DNA of 32,000 nucleotides from Vibrio cholerae ATCC 14035 (lineage in GTDB: Bacteria > Pseudomonadota > Gammaproteobacteria > Enterobacterales > Vibrionaceae), in the NCBI RefSeq assembly GCF_000621645.1, contig NZ_KK211323.1:1-32000 (forward strand), given 5' to 3'. The translations under genes were made by a program, and so were the position numbers. Below, one piece after another: positions 17,459 through 24,465 of this stretch. Position 1 is the stretch's first letter. Every line of letters starts with the position of its first letter. The notes below the pieces were generated by a model. It was not told the origin of the DNA. It searched no databases and saw only the letters and a list, made by a program, of their open reading frames with translations.

Positions 17459-18250
17459 ATGAACAAACGTCATTATTATCTGGCCTCATGCTTGGCATTG
17501 TTATTTTCAACGGCTTCTTATGCGGAAGTGGATTGTGAGTTACAGCCAGTGATTGAAGCAAATCTTTCATTAAATCAAAACCAGTTGGCAAGTAACGGTG
17601 GATACATCTCTAGTCAGCTAGGGATCCGTAATGAAAGCTGTGAAACAGTGAAGTTCAAATACTGGCTATCGATTAAAGGTCCAGAAGGTATCTACTTCCC
17701 AGCCAAAGCGGTAGTTGGAGTTGATACAGCGCAGCAAGAGTCTGATGCTCTTACTGATGGTCGTATGTTGAACGTTACACGTGGTTTCTGGGTTCCAGAG
17801 TATATGGCTGATGGTAAATATACTGTTTCTCTTCAAGTCGTTGCAGAAAATGGAAAAGTATTTAAAGCCAACCAAGAATTTGTGAAAGGAGTCGATTTAA
17901 ATAGCCTACCTGAACTCAATGGTTTGACTATTGATATCAAAAATCAATTTGGCATTAATAGTGTGGAAAGTACCGGCGGTTTTGTTCCATTCACCGTTGA
18001 TTTAAATAATGGCCGCGAGGGAGAAGCTAACGTCGAGTTCTGGATGACTGCGGTAGGTCCTGATGGTTTGATTATTCCTGTCAATGCGAGAGAGAAATGG
18101 GTTATTGCTTCAGGTGATACTTATTCAAAAGTGCGTGGTATTAATTTTGATAAAAGCTATCCAGCGGGCGAATACACAATTAATGCTCAAGTGGTAGACA
18201 TTGTTTCTGGTGAGCGAGTGGAACAGTCAATGACAGTGGTAAAAAAATAA
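17459..18250 (+). CDS. rbmA: Secreted biofilm matrix protein RbmA (tandem FnIII-like domains)
   Basis: The translation matches my memory of V. cholerae RbmA, with signal peptide MNKRHYYLASCLALLFSTASYA/EVD. An internal two-domain repeat is visible (KFKYWLSIKGPEGIYFP...DGKYTVSLQVV vs VEFWMTAVGPDGLIIP...AGEYTINAQVV). I prefer ATG 17459 because AAAGGA lies 6-7 nt upstream. The ORF-track start TTG 17435 would give the 271-aa form. Confidence 0.93.
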   Translation: MNKRHYYLASCLALLFSTASYAEVDCELQPVIEANLSLNQNQLASNGGYISSQLGIRNESCETVKFKYWLSIKGPEGIYFPAKAVVGVDTAQQESDALTDGRMLNVTRGFWVPEYMADGKYTVSLQVVAENGKVFKANQEFVKGVDLNSLPELNGLTIDIKNQFGINSVESTGGFVPFTVDLNNGREGEANVEFWMTAVGPDGLIIPVNAREKWVIASGDTYSKVRGINFDKSYPAGEYTINAQVVDIVSGERVEQSMTVVKK

Positions 18251-18278
18251 ATTTACCTAGTCACTTAGTCGTATGTAT

Positions 18279-18307
18279 AAAAAACCGCCTATGGCGGTTT
18301 TTATTTT
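18279..18307. terminator. Bidirectional Rho-independent terminator between convergent rbmA and rbmB
   Basis: The sequence is aaaaAACCGCC-tat-GGCGGTTtttatttt. A GC-rich 7-bp stem is flanked by an A-run on one side and a T-run on the other, so it works on both strands. Confidence 0.8.
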
Positions 18308-18347
18308 CTTATTTAAATTATAGTGAATGATGTGATGAGGCATTTTA

Positions 18348-18355
18348 GGGGGGGG
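18348..18355. repeat. G8 homopolymer tract (C8 on the minus strand) in the rbmB 3' region
   Basis: Counted directly: tttta-GGGGGGGG-agttt. A (TC)5 dinucleotide run lies nearby at 18416-18426. Confidence 0.9.
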
Positions 18356-18455
18356 AGTTTACCGCTTTCCTCATTAATCATACCGATGATCTATTCTTCT
18401 TCCATTCACTCACTGTCTCTCTCTCTACCTATCAATCCAAGTCATTAGCTATATA

Positions 18456-19682
18456 TCAATCTTTAATAAAGTGCTGTATATAATAATGGTCGCTATAAAT
18501 TCTTTCATTGTTTTGAATATTGATTAACTTGCTTTTATGATCAATTGAAATGAATTTACTATAAGGCGTTAATTGATATTGATTACCAGTTATATTGACA
18601 TGTTCGAAAGAAACGAGATTATCTTGGCTATTGGTTCTAATAATGGCTTTATATTGACTTTCAATTTCATTTCCAAAGTAAATATTTTCAAATGTGTTAT
18701 CACTAATTTGAATGTTTTTGATGGATTGGTTGTTTGGGTCATTGATGCTAAAGCTTTGCAAACGTATACCTTGTTGGATGGCATCAAAAGTGTTACCTAT
18801 AATGGAGATGTTTCCCCACTGAACATTTTGTTCCGTTCTAGAGTTTGGGTAAATGTTGATAGCGAACCCATTGATATTTAAAAATGTGTTTCCTGAGTAA
18901 TAAACGTCAGAATAATAACTGACTTCATTTGAAGTACCATTAATATTTTCAAATTGATTATTAATGACCTTAGCTCCTCTAGTATCTGCGCGTGCAGATA
19001 ATTTTAATTTACAAGCATTAAATTGATTGTTATCAATAATAATATCCTGTGTACCGTGCATTTCTGTTCCTGCTGTCGCTTGTGTTGTAGTGACTTGAGC
19101 GCAGTCTTCGAAGTGATTATGACTCACTTTTATTGCCATAGAGCCTGGTGGTATCGAGTGGTCCTGACTTGCCGTCGTCATGCGCAATGCGGCGTCACCA
19201 AAGCGAGCGAATTGATTTTGAACCACTAAGGTACCTTTAGTGCTGCCAAGGTAGACACCTTGCTCTCCCCACAAAGGTTTGAGGTCACCATTATTCAGTC
19301 CTTCAAAACTGAGGCCTTGTATCTTCAGATTTTGTGTGTAGGTGATATGGAGTAAGTATTCCCCATTAAATGAACGGCACTTCTTTAATTTACTGTTTAT
19401 AGAACCAATAATTTCAATGTTATTCTTTTCTTTTAAATAAAGCGTTTTGCAAATTTGATATTCTCCTGTAGGGATAATTAAGGCATCACCATTGTTTAAT
19501 TGATTGAGTGCATGTTGAAATGCGTTCGAATCATCCTCTCCATCATTCGCGATGGCGCCATATTCTATGACATTGTGAGAGTTAACCTCTGAAAAAATAG
19601 CTGGGCTAAACAGAACAAGTGAAATAAATATGTAACGCAAGATGCCACCCTCTTTATTGAATTGATTTAAGTATAACAGCAC
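18456..19682 (-). CDS. rbmB: Secreted right-handed parallel beta-helix protein (putative VPS lyase/glycosidase)
   Basis: 408-aa ORF with repeated PbH1-like turns (IIDNNQFNAC, VINNQFENINGT, YSGNTFLNINGFAI, IIGNTFDAIQQGIRL, ISDNTFENIYFG, ITGNQYQL). The ORF-track start is GTG 19682. TTG 19640, preceded by AAGAGGGTGG, gives a cleaner signal peptide (MRYIFISLVLFSPAIFS/EVN) and may be the real start. Confidence 0.88.
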   Translation of the reverse strand: MLLYLNQFNKEGGILRYIFISLVLFSPAIFSEVNSHNVIEYGAIANDGEDDSNAFQHALNQLNNGDALIIPTGEYQICKTLYLKEKNNIEIIGSINSKLKKCRSFNGEYLLHITYTQNLKIQGLSFEGLNNGDLKPLWGEQGVYLGSTKGTLVVQNQFARFGDAALRMTTASQDHSIPPGSMAIKVSHNHFEDCAQVTTTQATAGTEMHGTQDIIIDNNQFNACKLKLSARADTRGAKVINNQFENINGTSNEVSYYSDVYYSGNTFLNINGFAINIYPNSRTEQNVQWGNISIIGNTFDAIQQGIRLQSFSINDPNNQSIKNIQISDNTFENIYFGNEIESQYKAIIRTNSQDNLVSFEHVNITGNQYQLTPYSKFISIDHKSKLINIQNNERIYSDHYYIQHFIKD

Positions 19683-19735
19683 CTAGAAAATGCTTCTTGA
19701 AAAAGAGAAAGAGATTCATTGTATTCGGCTTATTT

Positions 19736-19763
19736 CTCAACTTTGAGATGTCTCATTACTGAG
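19736..19763. promoter_or_regulatory. Periodic dyad array CTCA-N4-TGAG-N4-CTCA-N4-TGAG in the rbmB/rbmC divergent intergenic region
   Basis: It reads CTCA actt TGAG atgt CTCA ttac TGAG. The first unit extends to TCTCAA-ct-TTGAGA (19735-19748). Function is unknown; it is a candidate binding site for two dimers. Confidence 0.3.
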
Positions 19764-19945
19764 GCGTGAAAATAGGTGTGCTGTGTTGAAATGGCTCTTT
19801 CAGGTATTGATAATTCCGTCAGGTTGTTATTAGCAATCCGCGATACCAGTTCCTAGGTTTTAAAATAATAATTACAACGATCAACCGGATGCATATTGTT
19901 TCTGGCTTTGAATAAAATTAACACAAGGTAAAGGGAGTCTTACAA

Positions 19946-22819
19946 ATGACGTCTCACTATATTGCACTTGCTGTCGGTCTTTTGTCGTTGAGTAGTAACG
20001 TGGTTCAAGCCACAACGAATGAAGCCGAAGGGTGTATTATCAGCCGCCTGAATGGCGAAAAATATTGTTTAAAAGTGGGAGAGCGCTCGGGCTATTCCCT
20101 CCCTAGCTGGATTTATGCTCATCCAGTAGATGTTCAGGCTCCGAGTGGTGTCTCTGTCATGCTAAGTGATTGGGATAACCTGTCTTATAACCGTTTGGCG
20201 GTGTTCGATCGTTATACTGGTAACGAAGATCTTAAGAATGTCAAAGCCTACAACGGTGCTTATTTAGATTTTTCTAAACCACGTTCAATGCGAGTACTGG
20301 CTTCTGAAACTTATCCTGAGGCTTGTATTGTGAGTCGTCAAACGGGTGAACGTTTCTGTTTAAAAGAGGGTGAGCGCTCTGGTTACTCGCTACCAGCGTA
20401 CATTTATGGCCATGAGGTTGATGTTGAAGCACCTCTAGGTTTGGGGGTCATGCTGAGTGATTGGGATAACCTTTCATACAACCGTCTTGCGGTGTTTGGT
20501 GGTAACACCCAGAACGAGCAAATGCGTGCAGTCAAAGCCTACAATGGCGAAACGCTTGATTTCTCAAAGCCACGCTCAATGCGCGTTGTCCCTTATGACG
20601 GTGACAGCTCGGCACTCAATATGAAGCTTAAGTGGTCTTGGCAAGGCAGTGCTTTCCAACCTAACTCTAACCAAGTGATGGTAACGCCTATTGTCGCGCA
20701 ACTGAACGATGACAATGGTGATGGCAAGATTGATGAAAAAGATGTCGCAGATTTGATCGTAGTGACGTTTGAAGGAAACAAATACGCCAATGGCGGCTTA
20801 GTGCGTGCTTTAAGTGGTGTGGATGGTTCTGAGCTATGGAGCTATGCGAATGGTGGTGTGATCGCGGATGCGCGTTATTCGCCAGCGGTAGGCGATCTGG
20901 ACGGTGACGGAATCGTTGAGATTGTGACTACCAACAATCGCGATCAATTCATCACGATTTTGGATAACCAAGGCAACATTAAAAAACAGATCCCAACGAC
21001 AGAAAGTGGCTGGCGTATTGTCGGTGATATCACGTTGGCGGATTTAGACCACGATGGCAGTGTAGAAATTCTGGCTGCAGATGGTGTGTATAACTACCAC
21101 AGCGGATTGGTCTTTAATCATCCTTGGGCGCCGTCCTCGATCAACGTTGATGTCGATGGCGATCAGCAACAAGAAGTTTTTTCGGGTGGTACTCTGTTTC
21201 AAAATAACGGTGCGATCAATTGGCAGTATCAAGCGAACGATGCGGTTTGGTTCTCTTCGCTAGTTAACTTAGATAATGATGCTGAGCCTGAGATTGTGGC
21301 CTCTGTACCTGCCACTTTTGCGACAGGCGATAACGCACGTTTTGCTGTGCTAGAACACGATGGCACCATTAAATGGGAAATCAACAACACAGCAAACCCT
21401 GGTGGTGGTGTGCAGGCGGTATCTAACTTTTTAGGTAAAGCTCAAGCCGTTGAAACGAGTGAGTTCTCAAAAGTCTATGGTTATCAGCCTAATAACAATC
21501 CTGCTTCGATTGCTTTGGCCGTCGATGGCAAGATCTCGGTTCGTTCAGGATTTGCGATTGATGCGATTGGTGCTTCTGCTTCGACGTTAGTCGGTGGTAC
21601 GGGAGGCAATCTTAATGCTGCGGTTAACGTCAAAGATATTAAGGCGATTGACCTGACTTGGGGTAAATACTATTGGGGTGGTTATCATCTATTAGCGCTC
21701 GATTTTAGAATGAGCAATGGTAGCGTGATTTCTATGGGCTCTAAAAACTATGCTTACTCCAAGCAGACCGAGCGCTTTACTGTGCCAGCAGGTAGCCGCA
21801 TTAAAGGCATCAAAGCTTGGACCGCGGGTTGGTTGTTGGACGGTGTTCAATTTGAGTTAGCTACGCAAAATGGTACCAATGATCTGGATGTAAAAGGGAT
21901 TGTTTACGCAGGCTATGCCGCTGTCGATATGTATAACAGCAAAGGCGAGCGTGTTTGGTCTGTGGCGAATGACGACACTGGCAGCGGTAAAATTGGTGTC
22001 TCTGCGTATGACTTTGATAACGATGGTATCGATGAAGTACTCGTGCAAGATCATGCACGCGTGCGTGTATTAGATGGCAAAACGGGCAAAGAACGTGCGT
22101 CGCTAGCGCACTCCACGGCAACACTTTGGGAATACCCTATCGTGGTCGATCTGGAAGGTGATAACAACGCAGAGTTGATCGTGGCAGCGAACGATTTCGA
22201 TCGCCAATATTCGATTAACCACGGGGTTTATGTTTACCAATCAGCGGACAGTTCGAAACCTTGGAAGAATGCGACTCGTATTTGGAACCAGCATGCTTTC
22301 CATCTCACCAACATCAATCAAGATGGTACTTTGCCGACTTTTGTTGAGCCAAGTTGGTTGAGCCATAATACCTACCGTTCAAGCACATTACGCGCTGCAG
22401 TGGGTGGTGAGTCTCCAATTTTCGGTTACTCAAATACTCAACAATCGCAACGTGTCGTGACGGCGGATAACCAGATGTATCTGCGTTCAGGTTTTGCGAT
22501 CGATGCCATTGGTACTACCGTCAACAACTTAGTCGGCGGGCCGGTGCAAGGCACTAACGGTGGTGTGTTAAGAGCACCGATTGCACTTGATCAATTGCAA
22601 TCAGTGGAGGTCACCTCTGGCCTTTATAACTGGGGTGGTTACCACATCGTGGCGATTAAATTCACGATGAAGGATGGCTCTAGCGTGTTATTGGGCTCAA
22701 CCCACTATGCGAGCAATAAGAAAGTGGAAACATACACTGTGCCGCAAGGTAAACGTATCAAGCAGATTAATGTATGGACCGGCGGTTGGTTAGTTGAAGG
22801 CTTCCAGTTTGTCTACTAA
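19946..22819 (+). CDS. rbmC: Secreted biofilm matrix adhesin RbmC (two N-terminal beta/gamma-crystallin-like domains, FG-GAP beta-propeller, two beta-prism lectin domains)
   Basis: 957-aa ORF with an AAGGGAG RBS and signal peptide ...SNVVQA/TTNE. FG-GAP/Ca-binding motifs are present (DLDGDGIVEI, DLDHDGSVEIL, DFDNDGIDEVLV, DLEGDNNAELIV). There are two jacalin-like beta-prism copies and two tandem N-terminal repeats. Length and architecture match RbmC as I remember it. Confidence 0.94.
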   Translation: MTSHYIALAVGLLSLSSNVVQATTNEAEGCIISRLNGEKYCLKVGERSGYSLPSWIYAHPVDVQAPSGVSVMLSDWDNLSYNRLAVFDRYTGNEDLKNVKAYNGAYLDFSKPRSMRVLASETYPEACIVSRQTGERFCLKEGERSGYSLPAYIYGHEVDVEAPLGLGVMLSDWDNLSYNRLAVFGGNTQNEQMRAVKAYNGETLDFSKPRSMRVVPYDGDSSALNMKLKWSWQGSAFQPNSNQVMVTPIVAQLNDDNGDGKIDEKDVADLIVVTFEGNKYANGGLVRALSGVDGSELWSYANGGVIADARYSPAVGDLDGDGIVEIVTTNNRDQFITILDNQGNIKKQIPTTESGWRIVGDITLADLDHDGSVEILAADGVYNYHSGLVFNHPWAPSSINVDVDGDQQQEVFSGGTLFQNNGAINWQYQANDAVWFSSLVNLDNDAEPEIVASVPATFATGDNARFAVLEHDGTIKWEINNTANPGGGVQAVSNFLGKAQAVETSEFSKVYGYQPNNNPASIALAVDGKISVRSGFAIDAIGASASTLVGGTGGNLNAAVNVKDIKAIDLTWGKYYWGGYHLLALDFRMSNGSVISMGSKNYAYSKQTERFTVPAGSRIKGIKAWTAGWLLDGVQFELATQNGTNDLDVKGIVYAGYAAVDMYNSKGERVWSVANDDTGSGKIGVSAYDFDNDGIDEVLVQDHARVRVLDGKTGKERASLAHSTATLWEYPIVVDLEGDNNAELIVAANDFDRQYSINHGVYVYQSADSSKPWKNATRIWNQHAFHLTNINQDGTLPTFVEPSWLSHNTYRSSTLRAAVGGESPIFGYSNTQQSQRVVTADNQMYLRSGFAIDAIGTTVNNLVGGPVQGTNGGVLRAPIALDQLQSVEVTSGLYNWGGYHIVAIKFTMKDGSSVLLGSTHYASNKKVETYTVPQGKRIKQINVWTGGWLVEGFQFVY
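20027..20590 (+). repeat. Intragenic tandem duplication in rbmC (two ~91-aa domains, period 291 nt)
   Basis: Copy 1 is 20027-20299 and copy 2 is 20318-20590. The protein copies are EGCIISRLNGEKYCLKVGERSGYSLPSWIY...MLSDWDNLSYNRLAVF...FSKPRSMRVL and EACIVSRQTGERFCLKEGERSGYSLPAYIY...MLSDWDNLSYNRLAVF...FSKPRSMRVV. DNA similarity is also visible (atgctaagtgattgggataacct at 20159 vs atgctgagtgattgggataacct at 20450). Confidence 0.9.
21475..21860 (+). repeat. rbmC beta-prism lectin domain copy 1 (inserted within the propeller region)
   Basis: It is paralogous to 22421-22816: VRSGFAIDAIGASASTLVGG / WGGYHLLALDFRMSNGSVISMGS / FTVPAGSRIKGIKAWTAGWLLDGVQFEL. Boundaries are approximate. Confidence 0.8.
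22421..22816 (+). repeat. rbmC beta-prism lectin domain copy 2 (C-terminal)
   Basis: LRSGFAIDAIGTTVNNLVGG / WGGYHIVAIKFTMKDGSSVLLGS / YTVPQGKRIKQINVWTGGWLVEGFQFVY. Boundaries are approximate. Confidence 0.8.
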
Positions 22820-22848
22820 CGACTCATCGCTTTACTGAACTGCGAATA

Positions 22849-22882
22849 AAAACACCCCGATGCTTCGGGGTGTTTTTTTATT
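22849..22882. terminator. Bidirectional Rho-independent terminator between convergent rbmC and rbmD
   Basis: The sequence is aataaaAACACCCCGA-tgct-TCGGGGTGTTtttttatt. It is a 10-bp GC-rich stem with a tetraloop, an A-run upstream and a T-run downstream. Confidence 0.85.
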
Positions 22883-22973
22883 GTCATCCCTAAACTCCGC
22901 TTTGAACGTAAGTGATTGTTTCTACTCTATAAGTCATCAATTTCGCAGTGTTCATGCAGGAGATGAAGAGCAA

Positions 22974-24290
22974 TCAGGTTCTGGATGAGCGGTATTTCGG
23001 GGTAGGAAGCGTCATGCTCCAATTGGCGATTAATAGACAAAATAGAAAGTAGAGCGCCGTGGCTGGGGCTTGCAGTGGAAAATCCACACTCATGTGTAAC
23101 AGCATCCCGATGATCGCCATTAAACTGCCAAGGCCAATGCCACGCATAGTTTTATTGGTTCGATTGCGAAAGGCTGACAAAGCCCGCCATGCACAAAACA
23201 AAACCATGATGCCAAATACGCTGGTGGCAATCAGGCCTGACTCCAAGGTGAACTGCACATAATCGTTGTGTGCATGGTCATAAAAAAGCGCCACTTCGCC
23301 TTGATTGTAAGAGGGGAAAGTGGAGTAAAACGTGCCATTGCCAAAACCGGTAAGGGGACGTTCTTGAATGGCGTTCAAGGCATCACGAACCACATCATCC
23401 CGCGATTCATTTTGCAAACTGGTTTCAGCTAAACGTTGGCGAACCTTATCTAAGCCAAACCAGTTACTGACAACCAAAGCATCCACAATAAATAAGCTCA
23501 CGATCAACAGATAGAGGCTTTTCGGCTTCGATTTATAGAAGAGAAGGATGAGCAAGCTTCCGATACTGAGTGCGACAAAAAAGGCGATATTGCCCATTCT
23601 TGAGCGGGTGAGTACTAGAGCGATCACCATAATGACCAAGCCCAGACGAATAAATGCTTTGTCAGAGAGGAGTATCGCCAATAATTTTTTTAGGGTGTTT
23701 CTCCAACCTTGTGTTGTTTGGTGATTGAGCTCAGCAATCAACAAACCAAAACCAAGACAGAGATTGAGCATTAGAAAATTGGCTAAATGGTTATGATAGA
23801 CAAAACTTCCCGAGGCTCGTTGGTTTAACGGTAAGGAAAAAAACGGTGAGGTTTGCAATTCGAGCAGCAGGATTACGCCAGCATAGAAGGCCTGACAGAT
23901 ACCACTTGCGATCATAGTGGTCGCCAGCATTTTGAGCTTATGAGGGGTATCGACCAATAACGCGGCAACCAAGCAGATTTGTAGGTAATGTAAGGATTTA
24001 ACGGCAGAGATAAACACCAAAGTTTGATCGGATGATAGCCCCAAACTTGGCCAACTTTGCATCCAAGACCATAGAGTAAAAAGCGCCACTGGGATGAGAA
24101 TGACTTTCGCTCGTTGTATAGCTAGCCAACACTGTGCTGCGGGGAGCAGAAACAAACAGCCTAATAATAAGAAGGCTACGTAAATTTCATTGAGCGACCA
24201 TGCCCAAGGACGATTACTGCCAAGAGGGATTGGTAACCAGAAAACAAACAGTAAAAAAGCGAAAAATAGAGTTTTGTGAAACGAAAGCAT
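22974..24290 (-). CDS. rbmD: O-antigen-ligase / PglL-like polytopic membrane protein (Wzy_C family); reported from memory as an O-oligosaccharyltransferase
   Basis: 438-aa ORF with about 10-12 TM segments. A periplasmic loop carries the H-containing motif typical of WaaL/PglL (YDHAHNDYVQFTLESG). Confidence 0.88.
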   Translation of the reverse strand: MLSFHKTLFFAFLLFVFWLPIPLGSNRPWAWSLNEIYVAFLLLGCLFLLPAAQCWLAIQRAKVILIPVALFTLWSWMQSWPSLGLSSDQTLVFISAVKSLHYLQICLVAALLVDTPHKLKMLATTMIASGICQAFYAGVILLLELQTSPFFSLPLNQRASGSFVYHNHLANFLMLNLCLGFGLLIAELNHQTTQGWRNTLKKLLAILLSDKAFIRLGLVIMVIALVLTRSRMGNIAFFVALSIGSLLILLFYKSKPKSLYLLIVSLFIVDALVVSNWFGLDKVRQRLAETSLQNESRDDVVRDALNAIQERPLTGFGNGTFYSTFPSYNQGEVALFYDHAHNDYVQFTLESGLIATSVFGIMVLFCAWRALSAFRNRTNKTMRGIGLGSLMAIIGMLLHMSVDFPLQAPATALYFLFCLLIANWSMTLPTPKYRSSRT

Positions 24291-24317
24291 AAATTCGGTG
24301 GCTCAAAATAGCAGTTT

Positions 24318-24350
24318 ACCCACTTAAAGATTTGATCGATTTAAGTGGGT
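24318..24350 (-). other. Perfect 11-bp hairpin between the 201-aa gene and rbmD (weak terminator, attenuator or RNA-stability element)
   Basis: ACCCACTTAAA (24318-24328) pairs with TTTAAGTGGGT (24340-24350) around an 11-nt loop. On the minus-strand transcript it is followed only by a weak U-run (aaacugcuauuuug). Confidence 0.35.
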
Positions 24351-24465
24351 AATGAGAGAAATCCTTCAACTTGCTCCGCCATGCCATGGCCGGCTTATAA
24401 CACGCGGTCACGTTGATTCGGTGTTTCCGCGCTGTATGCTAGGAATATCAAGTCAGTTATCTGGG

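Noticed and set aside
18348-18355. The G8 tract as a phase-variation switch.
   Set aside because: It lies in non-coding DNA downstream of both convergent genes. It is not in a promoter spacer or a reading frame, so length changes have no obvious ON/OFF consequence. I kept it only as part of the structured-spacer observation.
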